NCBI GenBank assembly: GCA_038065035.1
Contig: JBBTRV010000006.1
Coordinates: forward strand, 1-58,392
Reading direction: 5' to 3'
Length of the DNA: 58,392 bases
From: Patescibacteria group bacterium
GTDB lineage: Bacteria; Patescibacteriota; Minisyncoccia; UBA6257; UBA9933
Part shown: positions 8,125 to 18,216 of the stretch, piece by piece
Position numbering within the stretch: position 1 is the first letter of the stretch
Layout: every line of letters starts with the position of its first letter
The notes under the pieces: generated by a model
What the model was told of the DNA's origin: nothing
The model's database searches: none
What the model saw: the letters and a program-made list of their open reading frames with translations, nothing else
Made by a program: the position numbers and the translations under genes

Positions 8125-10281
8125 ATGGCTAGGAAACATAAATTCATCTGGTTGAAAATAATCGGCGCTTTGATTTTAATTTTTTTCAGCGCCTCGCTTT
8201 TTGTTTTAGCGAAAGTCGCCAAAATAGCCAAGGAATTGCCCGACCCGAAACAATTTGTAGCCAGTCACCAAGTAAGCCAATCAAGTAAAATATACGACAG
8301 AACCGGCGAAATTTTGCTATATGAAATTTATTCAGAAGAAAAAAGAACTATTATTCCTTTTAAAAAAATACCTGATTATGTGAAAAAAGCGACCATTGCT
8401 ATTGAAGATAAAAATTTTTATGAACATCCCGCGCTTGATTGGCGTGCCCTAATAAGAGCTTTTTTAACCAACGTTATTGAAGGAAGAGTGGTGCAGGGCG
8501 GCTCAACCATCACCCAACAATTGGCTAAAAATGCCTTTTTAAACTCGGAAAAAACATATGAAAGAAAAATCAAAGAGTTAATCTTGTCTTATTGGATAGA
8601 AAAAAAATATTCTAAAGACGAAATTCTTGAGCTTTACCTTAATCAAATTCCTTACGGCAATAATACTTACGGCATTGAGGCCGCCTCAAAAACTTATTTC
8701 GGAAAATCTGCCGAAGAATTATCACTGGCTGAATCAGCCCTACTAGCCTCCATCCCTAAAGCGCCGACTTATTATTCGCCATACAGCTCTCATAAAGACG
8801 AATTAATCCAAAGAAAAGATTACACATTAGAACAAATGTTGTCGCTTAGCTTTATTGATAATGAAGAATTTAAAAGAACAAAAGATTATCAATATAAATT
8901 CCAACCTCAAAATATCGGCTCAATCAAAGCTCCTCATTTCGTAATGATGGTTAAGGATTATCTGATTGAAAAATACGGCGAAAATTTTTTGGAAAACGGA
9001 GGGTTAAAAATTATTACCACCCTTAATTGGGACCTCCAACAAACCGCTGAATTAGTTGTTAAGGAAGGAGCGGAACGCAATGAAAATCTCTATAAAGGAA
9101 AAAATGCTGCTTTAGTAGCTCAAGACCCGAAAACCGGCCAAATCTTGACGCTTGTCGGCTCAAGAGATTATTTTGACGTAAAAAACGACGGCAATTTCAA
9201 CGTTGCCAGCCAGGGATTAAGACAACCAGGTTCATCTTTTAAACCCTTCGCTTATTTAACAGCTTTTAAAAAAGGATATTCGCTTAAGACAATTGTTTTC
9301 GATTTGCCAACTGAATTTACGGCCAACAATCCAAATTGTCCGTTGGTGGTTAATTTTTCTAACAAATCAAAAGAATGTTATCATCCTGAAAATTTTGACC
9401 GCCAATTCAGGGGGCCGGTAAATTTAAAAAATGCCCTAGCCCAATCTTTAAATATTCCATCCGTTAAGGTTCTTTATTTAGCTGGAATTGAAGACACGAT
9501 AAAAACGGCCAAAGATATGGGAATAACAACATTAAACGACATTTCACGCTATGGCTTATCTCTTGTTTTGGGAGGTGGTGAAGTAAAATTAATCGATTTA
9601 GTCAACGCTTATGCTGTTTTTTCCCAAGAAGGAATAAGACATAACCAAAAAATTGTTTTAAAAATAGAAGATTTTTCCGGTAAAACAATAGAGGACGCCT
9701 CCGACCAAGCCGTTAAGATAGTTGATTCCCAATATATAAGATTAATTACCGATATTCTTTCAGATGACGAAGCAAGAAAGCCGCTTTATCAAAATAGTTT
9801 TAACTTAACAACTTTTGAAGACCGACAAGTTGCCTTGAAAACCGGAACAAGTAATGACTACATAGACGCATGGACTATTGGTTATACCCCCTATTTAGTT
9901 GTCGGTGTTTGGGCTGGAAATAATAACAATACACCAATGCAAAAACAAGCCGGTAGTATTTTAGCCGCCTTGCCGATTTGGAATTCTTTTATGAGTAAAA
10001 CTTTAAATAATTTTCCAGTTGAGTTTTTTAATGACGCGGAAAAAGAAAATGAAGATATTAATAAAACAATGTTAAATGGAAATTATATAAACAATAATAG
10101 TATTCATAATATACTCTATTATATTGATAAAAATAATCCATTAGGTGAAACTCCATTAAATCCAGAAAATGATTTTCAATTTAAGAATTGGGAAACTCCG
10201 GTTCAAAACTGGATAAAATTAAACTCATTACAACAATTATCTCAATCAACAACCACCATAATTAGCCAACCAACTAATTAA
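8125..10281 (+). CDS. class A penicillin-binding protein (transglycosylase + transpeptidase)
   Basis: GT51 motifs EDKNFYEH and GGSTITQQ. Transpeptidase motifs SSFKP and KTGT. N-terminal TM anchor. Confidence 0.85.
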   Translation: MARKHKFIWLKIIGALILIFFSASLFVLAKVAKIAKELPDPKQFVASHQVSQSSKIYDRTGEILLYEIYSEEKRTIIPFKKIPDYVKKATIAIEDKNFYEHPALDWRALIRAFLTNVIEGRVVQGGSTITQQLAKNAFLNSEKTYERKIKELILSYWIEKKYSKDEILELYLNQIPYGNNTYGIEAASKTYFGKSAEELSLAESALLASIPKAPTYYSPYSSHKDELIQRKDYTLEQMLSLSFIDNEEFKRTKDYQYKFQPQNIGSIKAPHFVMMVKDYLIEKYGENFLENGGLKIITTLNWDLQQTAELVVKEGAERNENLYKGKNAALVAQDPKTGQILTLVGSRDYFDVKNDGNFNVASQGLRQPGSSFKPFAYLTAFKKGYSLKTIVFDLPTEFTANNPNCPLVVNFSNKSKECYHPENFDRQFRGPVNLKNALAQSLNIPSVKVLYLAGIEDTIKTAKDMGITTLNDISRYGLSLVLGGGEVKLIDLVNAYAVFSQEGIRHNQKIVLKIEDFSGKTIEDASDQAVKIVDSQYIRLITDILSDDEARKPLYQNSFNLTTFEDRQVALKTGTSNDYIDAWTIGYTPYLVVGVWAGNNNNTPMQKQAGSILAALPIWNSFMSKTLNNFPVEFFNDAEKENEDINKTMLNGNYINNNSIHNILYYIDKNNPLGETPLNPENDFQFKNWETPVQNWIKLNSLQQLSQSTTTIISQPTN

Positions 10282-10283
10282 TA

Positions 10284-11396
10284 TCAACTTTTTATTGGCA
10301 TTAAAATATAAAAATAAGAAGTGTCTTCTGGTGATTTTATAATTGCCGGCTTATTTGAATTACTAAAACCAAAGAAAATATTTTCAGAAGTTATATTTTT
10401 AATTCCATCTAATAAAAAGCGCCAATTAAAAATAACTTCTATTGGCTCTCCTTTTATTTTTGCGGAGATTAAATACTTATTCACCCCAAAAACATTATTA
10501 CAAGAAGATATTTCTATGTTTTTAAGATTTTCTTTTATGGTTATTTTTATTTCATTAAGCCGGTCTGTGAAGATTCCAACAAGTTTAACGGCGTTGATTA
10601 ATTCATCTTTATTTAAAACAACTTCTGTTTCGTGTGTTTTTGGAATAATTTGCTGATATTCCGGAAATTCACCATTAATTAATCTTGATATTATTTCTGT
10701 ATTTTCGTTTTTAAAAACAATTTGGGTTTGGTCAAAAAATATATTGATTTTTCCACTTTCATTTAATTGTGTTTCTTTAATAACCTCATTAATTGTTTTT
10801 AATGGAATAATAATCTTAAAAGCGTTATCAATATTTGATTTAAAATAATTATTCAAAATAGTCTCTTCAGAAAGCCTGAATGTATCAGTTGAAACAAATT
10901 TTATTACTGAATTTTGATAATCAAATAAAACCCCACTAAGTTCAGGTTTACTATCTTTAGTTGTTGAACTAATAATATTAATAAAAATATCTTTTAATAT
11001 TGAGTTTTGTATTTCAATATAATAATTATTGTTTTTTATTTTTGGAATAATTGGAAAATCTTCTTTTTTAATTCCATTTATTTCAGCTTCATAATTATCA
11101 GTTTTTAATAATATTTTATTATTATTTATTTCAATATTAATCCTTTCATTTTGTAAATTATTAATAATTGAATTAAAAATTCCAAAAGGAATAGTTATTC
11201 CTCCGTTTTCTATTATTTTTCCAGAAATAAAACTAATTACCGCTAATTCAAGATTTGTCGCTGAAAGTTTTATTCTATTATCAAATGATTCAATTAAAAA
11301 ATTTTTTAAAATTGGTAAATCGGTATCATCTTTTGTTATTTGCTCAATAACTCTAAGCCCATCTTTTAAATTTTTTTTTAAAACAACTAATTTCAT
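10284..11396 (-). CDS. dnaN: DNA polymerase III beta sliding clamp
   Basis: 370 aa directly downstream of dnaA, with a three-domain clamp-like pattern (MKLVVLKKNLKDGL...). Confidence 0.85.
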   Translation of the reverse strand: MKLVVLKKNLKDGLRVIEQITKDDTDLPILKNFLIESFDNRIKLSATNLELAVISFISGKIIENGGITIPFGIFNSIINNLQNERINIEINNNKILLKTDNYEAEINGIKKEDFPIIPKIKNNNYYIEIQNSILKDIFINIISSTTKDSKPELSGVLFDYQNSVIKFVSTDTFRLSEETILNNYFKSNIDNAFKIIIPLKTINEVIKETQLNESGKINIFFDQTQIVFKNENTEIISRLINGEFPEYQQIIPKTHETEVVLNKDELINAVKLVGIFTDRLNEIKITIKENLKNIEISSCNNVFGVNKYLISAKIKGEPIEVIFNWRFLLDGIKNITSENIFFGFSNSNKPAIIKSPEDTSYFYILMPIKS

Positions 11397-11530
11397 AATA
11401 TTAATATATATTATTTGTTATTGTAGTAGTGGTTGTGAATATGTTTATTATTTAAAAATAAACAATAAACATATGTATTTATTTTTAAATAACCTGTGGA
11501 AATATAGTTAATTATTATAGGATATTTTTT

Positions 11531-12898
11531 TTAAGCATTTTCATTGATTATTTCTTTTATTAATATTATTTTTTGGTTTAAGTTATTATTTTTATTAATT
11601 TCATTAGCTATTTTTTCATATGAATGGATTGCTGTTGTGTGATCTCTTTTTCCTATTTTATCCCCAATATCCGGGTAAGACATCCCCAATATTTCCCTAA
11701 GTAAAAATATTGTTATTTGTCTTGGTTCAATTAATCTTTTTCTTCTTGAATGGCTTATAATATCATCTGGTATCATTTCAAAAAAATCAGCCACTGTTTT
11801 TATTAATTGACCAGGGGTTATTTTTTTATCAACCTGGTTTATTGTGTTGCTTATTATTTCTTCAATTATTTTCGGCTGAAGATTAATATTCTTCGTTTCT
11901 TTATAAAAAACAATTTTATTTAAAATTCCTTCAATTTCTCTAATATTTCTTTGCACTTTTAAAGCTATAACTTGGCAGATATTATCTGGTAAATCAGCGC
12001 GCATTTGAACCAACTTCGTTTTTATAATAGCTAAGCGAGTTTCAAAATCTGGATAAGTAATATCTGCCGCCATTCCCCCCTCAAAGCGCGAGCGTAATCT
12101 TTCATGAAGTGTTGGAATAGCCGCCGGTGGCCTGTCGGAAGATATTATTATTTGTTTACTATTTTCATGTAGGGCATTAAATGTATGGAAAAATTCCATT
12201 TCACTTGCCTCTTTTCCCCCAATAAATTGAATATCGTCAATAATTAAAACATCTATATTGCGATATTTGTTTTTCATATCTTCCATTCTTTTGTTTCGGA
12301 TTCCGGCAACTACTTCATGAACGAATTTTTCACAATGAACATATTTTACCTTAATTTTATCTTTATAATTATTTTTTATTTCATTGCCAATTGCTTGGAT
12401 AAGGTGTGTTTTTCCAAGCCCCGTTCCGCCATAAATAAAAAATGGATTATATTTAACGCCAACATTTTTTATTACAGCAAGACTAGCGGCGTAAGCCAAT
12501 TCATTTGAAGAGCCGACGATAAAAGAATTAAGGGTGTAGCGCGGATGAAGTCCGGTTTCTTGGTCTATTTTAAATTCTGGAAATGTTAATTGCCTTTCCG
12601 CGGGTTGAGATTGTTGAGAAATATTATTTTGGTTTGCGGCTATTATTTTTGGGCCAACAACTATGTATTCAATTTTTTTTATTGAATTATCGTTATTTTT
12701 AAGAATTTCAAAAATAATTTTATGATATTTATTTTCCACCCATTCTTTGGCAAAATTGTTCGATAAACCGATTATTACTTCACCGGTATCTTTTTTCTCG
12801 CAAAGTTGGCTGTTTTTTAACCAGGTAAGAAAATTTGGGCGGGAAATTTGCAGTTCTATTTCCGATAAAACTGTTTGCCAAAGCTGGTTGGTGTTCAT
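11531..12898 (-). CDS. dnaA: chromosomal replication initiator DnaA
   Basis: Walker A GGTGLGKTHL, box VII RSRF, and a C-terminal HTH (DHTTAIHSYEKI). Confidence 0.95.
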   Translation of the reverse strand: MNTNQLWQTVLSEIELQISRPNFLTWLKNSQLCEKKDTGEVIIGLSNNFAKEWVENKYHKIIFEILKNNDNSIKKIEYIVVGPKIIAANQNNISQQSQPAERQLTFPEFKIDQETGLHPRYTLNSFIVGSSNELAYAASLAVIKNVGVKYNPFFIYGGTGLGKTHLIQAIGNEIKNNYKDKIKVKYVHCEKFVHEVVAGIRNKRMEDMKNKYRNIDVLIIDDIQFIGGKEASEMEFFHTFNALHENSKQIIISSDRPPAAIPTLHERLRSRFEGGMAADITYPDFETRLAIIKTKLVQMRADLPDNICQVIALKVQRNIREIEGILNKIVFYKETKNINLQPKIIEEIISNTINQVDKKITPGQLIKTVADFFEMIPDDIISHSRRKRLIEPRQITIFLLREILGMSYPDIGDKIGKRDHTTAIHSYEKIANEINKNNNLNQKIILIKEIINENA

Positions 12899-13190
12899 GG
12901 GTTAATAAAAAAATAAAATTTAGAAAACAAAAAAATAAAAATATTATACTTACTAAAATTTAAAATTATTTTATGTTTTATTTTCCACTTTTTAATTCTA
13001 ATTATAATCGTATTTTAATTTTAATTTTAGTCAAATAGGGAAATGTTCTAAATATGTGGATTAGTTGTGGAAAAATATTTTTATCCACTAGAATCCATTA
13101 AAATTCATTGCATAAAAAACTTTTTAATAATATAATTCTAATGATTATTCCACAATCTAAACAAAAAAACAAATAAGCTTATAAAAATTA
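12899..13190. promoter_or_regulatory. probable oriC / dnaA upstream region with a DnaA-box cluster
   Basis: DnaA-box-like 9-mers at 12981 (ttttccact), 13055 (tgtggatta), 13066 (tgtggaaaa = TTTTCCACA rc), 13081 (ttatccact) and 13146 (tattccaca) in very AT-rich DNA. Gene orientation is mostly minus from 1 to 12898 and entirely plus from 13191 to 22030. Confidence 0.6.
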
Positions 13191-14918
13191 ATGAAAATCA
13201 TTGATATTAAGGGAAAATTGGAAAAAATAAAGAGGGAAGCAGAAGAAAGAGACGCCCAAAGAAGGGCTAAAAAGAATAATTTCTCTTATCTTAACCTTAT
13301 TACCGCGCCAATTAATGTTGAGGCCATTGGTTTAATACCGGAAAAAGAAGCTAGGGCGCTTAAAACGGCCGCGATAGAAGTAAAAAATAAAGAATTAGGC
13401 GTTGCTGTTCACGACCCTACATTGCCGGAATTTAAAAGATTAACAGAAAATTTGAAAGAAAAAGGTTATAAGGTTATGATTTTCGTCGTTTCTTTGAGTA
13501 GTCTTGAACATGCTTATAATTTTTATAATTTTGTTTCTTTGGAAAAAAATAAAATTACTGGTTCGGTCGGCGTTGCCGGAGATACTAATCAAAAAATAGG
13601 CGAATTTAATTCAATTAAAAAAGTTGAAATCGTTTTAGAAACATTAAAACAAGCGCCAGCGGATGTTGCCGGTTTTTTGGAAATGATTTTGATTGGCGCC
13701 AGCCAAAACAGGGCTTCAGATATTCATTTTGAAGCAATGAAAGATTTTATAAAGTTGAGATTTAGAATTGACGGAGTTCTACACGATGTTTATAACAGAA
13801 TCAATAAAAATTTCTATTCTTATTTGATTTCCAGAATAAAGCTTCTTTCGGGCTTAAAAATAAACATCCGTGATGAAGTTCAAGATGGGCGGTTTACTGT
13901 TAATTTTCAGCAAAAAAACATTGAAATCAGGGTGGCTATTACTCCGTCTGAGTTTGGCGAAGTGATTGTGATGAGAATTCTTGACCCGGAAGCTATTAAT
14001 CTTTCTCTTTTAGGCCTTGGCATAAGGGAAGACGATTTAGAAATCATAAAAAATGAGCTTAAAAGGCCGAACGGCCTGATTTTAAATACTGGACCAACCG
14101 GTTCTGGAAAAACAACCACCCTTTATACTTTTTTAAAATATAAAAAAACTCCTGATATTAAAATAATAACCATTGAAGATCCGATTGAATATCATTTAGA
14201 AGGAATTGAGCAGACGCAGGTTGATGAGGATGCTGGTTATACGTTCACAAACGGCTTGCGATCTTTGATGAGGCAGGATCCGGATATGATTTTAGTAGGC
14301 GAAATCAGGGATAAAGAAACCGCGGAAATAGGCATCCAGGCAGCTCTAACCGGTCATTTAGTGCTTTCTACGGTTCATGCTAATTCAGCTGCCGGCGCCA
14401 TTCCCCGGCTTCTTGATTTAGGGGCAAAGCCATCAAGCATAGGACCGGCGTTAAATCTTGTAATAGCGCAGAGGTTGGTTCGCCGCCTTTGCAAGGATTG
14501 CAGAAAAAAAGTAGAAACAACCCAAGAAATAAAAGAAAAAATAGAAATCTTTATCAATAATCTTTCAAAAAGGGTTAATAAAATAAATTATAAAGAAATA
14601 GAAATTTTCGAGCCGCTGGCCGGCGGGTGCGAAAAGTGCAATAATTCCGGATATAAGGGCAGGGTCGGAATTTATGAATTGCTTTTAAACGACCCAGAAT
14701 ACGAAAAATTTTTAATCGATCAAACCCACACAAATCTTTCCTCCCACAAAGAGCTTGAAGAATTGATTCTTGGTTCGGCTTCTGAGGGCCAGATAAAAAA
14801 ATTCGCCTCAGAACAAGGGGTGACAACAATGCAACAAGACGGAATTTTAAAAGTGATTCGCGGAATTACCACCTTTGAAGAGGTGGAAGCGGTTACCGGT
14901 ACGATATCGTGGAAATAA
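13191..14918 (+). CDS. pilB: type IV pilus / type II secretion ATPase (PilB/GspE family)
   Basis: Walker A GPTGSGKTTT, Asp box, His box, and the C-terminal tetra-Cys CKDC...CEKC. Confidence 0.8.
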   Translation: MKIIDIKGKLEKIKREAEERDAQRRAKKNNFSYLNLITAPINVEAIGLIPEKEARALKTAAIEVKNKELGVAVHDPTLPEFKRLTENLKEKGYKVMIFVVSLSSLEHAYNFYNFVSLEKNKITGSVGVAGDTNQKIGEFNSIKKVEIVLETLKQAPADVAGFLEMILIGASQNRASDIHFEAMKDFIKLRFRIDGVLHDVYNRINKNFYSYLISRIKLLSGLKINIRDEVQDGRFTVNFQQKNIEIRVAITPSEFGEVIVMRILDPEAINLSLLGLGIREDDLEIIKNELKRPNGLILNTGPTGSGKTTTLYTFLKYKKTPDIKIITIEDPIEYHLEGIEQTQVDEDAGYTFTNGLRSLMRQDPDMILVGEIRDKETAEIGIQAALTGHLVLSTVHANSAAGAIPRLLDLGAKPSSIGPALNLVIAQRLVRRLCKDCRKKVETTQEIKEKIEIFINNLSKRVNKINYKEIEIFEPLAGGCEKCNNSGYKGRVGIYELLLNDPEYEKFLIDQTHTNLSSHKELEELILGSASEGQIKKFASEQGVTTMQQDGILKVIRGITTFEEVEAVTGTISWK

Positions 14919-14926
14919 ACAACAAA

Positions 14927-15062
14927 CTATTTAGCTCTGTGGGCGATAAATATTCCTCTTAGCGCAAGAGATTAAGGAAGATTTCGAGGATAGGCCCAGT
15001 CGGAACCAAGCCGTCCAAATATCTAAAAACAATCCCGGTCTATAGCCCACAGGGCTAAATAG
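14927..15062 (+). repeat. 136-nt long-stem hairpin element (MITE-like or structured 3' UTR)
   Basis: The 18-nt arms ctatttagctctgtgggc (14927-14944) and gcccacagggctaaatag (15045-15062) pair with one G-U on the plus strand and enclose 100 nt. Confidence 0.5.
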
Positions 15063-15177
15063 TCTGAAAATTAATGGTTTTTATCTGATTCAAGCCATTT
15101 TTGGCCGGAAACAATAAAAATAATATAAAAATAAAAAAAGTCAATATCAGTGTTTTCTTATAATAAAATAGCATAAT

Positions 15178-16179
15178 ATGAAAAAAAAGTCAATACAACA
15201 AGAAGATAAATTTCTTGATTCCCTATTAAGGCCGGAAAGCTGGGATAATTATATTGGCCAGGAAAAAATAAAAAAAAGCCTTAAAATTATTTTAGGCGCG
15301 GCGAGAAAAAGAAAAGAACCAAGCGATCATTTGTTGTTTTATGGTCAGCCCGGGCTCGGTAAAACAACCTTGGCGGCATTGGTTGCGAAAGAAATGAGAG
15401 TTGATTTAAAAACAATCTCCGGCCCAACCTTGACCAAGTCCGGCGACCTGGCCGCTATTTTAACAAACTTAGAAAAAAACGAAATTCTTTTTATCGACGA
15501 AGCGCATCGGATAAGCCGGCCGATTGAAGAATTGTTTTATTCGGCGATTGATTGCGGAAAAATCAATTTAACCGTTGGTAAAGGGCCTTCGGCTAGGATA
15601 ATTTCCTTAGATTTGCCGCCTTTTACTTTAATCGCCGCCACAACCAGGGTTAATTTAATTTCCAGCCCACTAAGGAGCCGTTTTGGCGCAATTTTTAGAT
15701 TTGATTATTATGAACCGGAAGATATTGAAGAAATAATAAAACGCTCAGCCGCTCTTTTAGAAGTTAATATTTCTAAAGAAGCGATATTGATAATCGCTAA
15801 AGCTTCGCGTTGTGTGCCGCGGCTGGCAAACCGGCTTTTAAAAAGAGCTAGGGATGTGGCTCAAATGAGTTCTCCGCTTACGCGTAAGGGGGAGGTGGAT
15901 AATTTAATCTTTATCGATGGAAATATTGTCAAAGAAACATTTGGCATGCTGGAAATTGACGAGTTAGGGCTTGAAACGTACGACAGGCGGCTGTTGGAGA
16001 TAATTATAAAAAAATTCAATAACCGGCCGGTTGGCATTAACACTCTCGTCGCCTCTCTAGGGGAGGAAAAAGAGGCAATTGAAGAAATCTACGAGCCGTA
16101 TTTGCTTAAAATCGGCTTTTTGCAGAGAACGCCAAGGGGAAGAATCGCCACTCCTGAAGCGCGCGAATGGCTTGGATAA
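15178..16179 (+). CDS. ruvB: Holliday junction branch migration helicase RuvB
   Basis: GQPGLGKTTLA, FIDEAHR, and typical RuvB length of 333 aa. Confidence 0.9.
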   Translation: MKKKSIQQEDKFLDSLLRPESWDNYIGQEKIKKSLKIILGAARKRKEPSDHLLFYGQPGLGKTTLAALVAKEMRVDLKTISGPTLTKSGDLAAILTNLEKNEILFIDEAHRISRPIEELFYSAIDCGKINLTVGKGPSARIISLDLPPFTLIAATTRVNLISSPLRSRFGAIFRFDYYEPEDIEEIIKRSAALLEVNISKEAILIIAKASRCVPRLANRLLKRARDVAQMSSPLTRKGEVDNLIFIDGNIVKETFGMLEIDELGLETYDRRLLEIIIKKFNNRPVGINTLVASLGEEKEAIEEIYEPYLLKIGFLQRTPRGRIATPEAREWLG

Positions 16180-16191
16180 ATATTGAAAAAT

Positions 16192-16283
16192 AGTAAACAC
16201 AAAGTTGTTTCGGAAACCTAAGCGGAAGCGCAGCCCCGCTTTGCGGGGCATGAGCGGGTTAGAGAAACAATTTTGTGTTTACT
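16192..16283 (+). repeat. 92-nt hairpin repeat element, copy E1
   Basis: 20-bp arms (agtaaacacaaagttgtttc / gaaacaattttgtgtttact, one G-U). Core gaaacctaagcggaagcgcagccccgctttgcggggcatgagcgggtt recurs inverted at 19986-20032. Confidence 0.6.
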
Positions 16284-16295
16284 GTTTGGTAAATT

Positions 16296-16784
16296 ATGGA
16301 CACAATAGATTTTAAAACCAATTCTTCAAAACAAACAAGATTAATTGCCAAATCATTGGCGCAAGAAATTTTACAAAAAAAAATTAAAATAAAATCCGCC
16401 CTAGTTTTGACCTTAAGTGGAAACTTGGGCGGCGGTAAAACAACTTTTGTTCAAGGGTTTATGAAGGGCGCGGGCGTAAAAAAGAAAATCACCAGCCCAA
16501 CATTTGTATTAATTAAGTCCTATGAGACCAATAAGACTTATTGGTCTCATAGGAGTATTTATCATATTGATTGTTATCGTTTTCGCAAAGCGAAAGAGCT
16601 GTTGGATTTAGGATTAAAAGAGATTTTTAAAAATCCGAAAAATATCGTTTTAATCGAATGGCCGGAAAAAATAAAAAAACATTTGCCTAAAAATCATATT
16701 CTGATAAAATTTAGGCATAGCAAGAAAGAGAATGAGAGAATAATAAGTATCAAATATCAAGCATCAAGTATCAAGAGACAATAA
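16296..16784 (+). CDS. tsaE: tRNA t6A37 biosynthesis ATPase TsaE
   Basis: P-loop GNLGGGKTTFVQG, SPTF, and HIDCYR motifs. Confidence 0.8.
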   Translation: MDTIDFKTNSSKQTRLIAKSLAQEILQKKIKIKSALVLTLSGNLGGGKTTFVQGFMKGAGVKKKITSPTFVLIKSYETNKTYWSHRSIYHIDCYRFRKAKELLDLGLKEIFKNPKNIVLIEWPEKIKKHLPKNHILIKFRHSKKENERIISIKYQASSIKRQ

Positions 16785-16835
16785 AAAACTATGTAATTTA
16801 TACTTGACACGTGATACCTGACACCTTACTCTAAT

Positions 16836-18209
16836 TTGAAATTAACATTCTGCGGAGGAGTTCAGTCAGTAACTGGCGCTAATTATCTTTTGGAGGTGGG
16901 GGAAAATTTAAAAATTTTAGTTGACTGCGGCATGTTCCAAGGCACTCATTTTTGCGACAAACGCAATTTTGAGCCGTTTCCTTATAATCCAAAAGAAATT
17001 GATGCTATTTTGATTACTCATAGCCATATAGACCATATCGGCCGGCTGCCTTTGATTTTTAAGGCTGGTTTTCGAGGGAAAATTTTTTCAACTTCAGCGA
17101 CAAAAGATTCCAGCGAATATCTTTTAATTGACTCCGAGCATATTCTTAACAAAGAGGCCGAAGAAAGAAAGCAGCCGCCGCTTTACACAATTGAAGACGT
17201 TAATAGTATGATGGAATTATGGCAGACTGTAAAATATCGCCAAAAGTTTAAAATCGGCCCACCATCAGATGAATTTGAGATTGAATTTTTTGACGCTGGT
17301 CATATTTTGGGATCGAGCTTTATTTTAATTTCCGATAAAACAGGCAAAAAAATAGTTTTTTCCGGAGACTTGGGCAATATTAGCACGCCGATAGTGAAAG
17401 ATACGGAAATTATTCCGGCGGCTGATTACGCGGTGATTGAATCAACTTATGGCGATCGCCTTCACGAAGATACCGGCAAAAGAAAAGATATTTTGGAAGA
17501 TATTATTGAAGAAACAATCAGCGCTAAAGGAGTGCTTTTAATCCCCGCTTTTGCAATGGAAAGAACGCAGGAGCTTTTATACGAGTTGAATGAATTGACG
17601 GAAAATAAAAGAATTCCCCGAGTGCCGATTTTTATTGACAGCCCATTGGCAATCCGGCTGACGTCGGTTTACAAAAAATATTCTCAAAGCCCGGATTATT
17701 TTGACAAAGAATCTATTGATTTAATGAAAAAAGGAGATTTTATTTTTGAGTTTCCCGGCCTTAAATTCGCACTAAACACCGAACAATCAAAGGAAATAAA
17801 TAACATTCCGGTGCCGAAAATCATCATTGCTGGTTCGGGCATGTCGCAGGGCGGAAGAATTTTGCATCATGAATTAAGATATTTATCCGACCCTAAAAAC
17901 ACGATTTTGTTTGTTGGCTACCAGGGAGCGGGGTCTCTTGGCCGGCAGATTTTAGATGGCGCCAAAAGCGTTAAGATTATGGGGACTGATGTCGCGGTTA
18001 ATTGCCGTGTGGCAAGCATTAGCGGTTATTCAGCGCATGCCGACAGCTTGGGTTTGATTAATTGGATAAAACCGGCGCATCAGACTTTAAAAAAAGTGTT
18101 TGTTGTCCAGGGCGAAGAAAAAGCTTCTTTAGCTTTGGTTGAAAAATTAGAAGATGAGCTGGCGGTGGAAGCAATAATGCCTTCAATGGGAGATTCAATT
18201 ATGTTATAG
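16836..18209 (+). CDS. MBL-fold beta-CASP RNA-metabolising hydrolase
   Basis: HSHIDHIG (HxHxDH) and a beta-CASP-like middle region. The C-terminal SGYSAHAD motif is typical of the CPSF/RNase J-like family. TTG start. Confidence 0.8.
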   Translation: MKLTFCGGVQSVTGANYLLEVGENLKILVDCGMFQGTHFCDKRNFEPFPYNPKEIDAILITHSHIDHIGRLPLIFKAGFRGKIFSTSATKDSSEYLLIDSEHILNKEAEERKQPPLYTIEDVNSMMELWQTVKYRQKFKIGPPSDEFEIEFFDAGHILGSSFILISDKTGKKIVFSGDLGNISTPIVKDTEIIPAADYAVIESTYGDRLHEDTGKRKDILEDIIEETISAKGVLLIPAFAMERTQELLYELNELTENKRIPRVPIFIDSPLAIRLTSVYKKYSQSPDYFDKESIDLMKKGDFIFEFPGLKFALNTEQSKEINNIPVPKIIIAGSGMSQGGRILHHELRYLSDPKNTILFVGYQGAGSLGRQILDGAKSVKIMGTDVAVNCRVASISGYSAHADSLGLINWIKPAHQTLKKVFVVQGEEKASLALVEKLEDELAVEAIMPSMGDSIML

Positions 18210-18216
18210 TAAGTAT

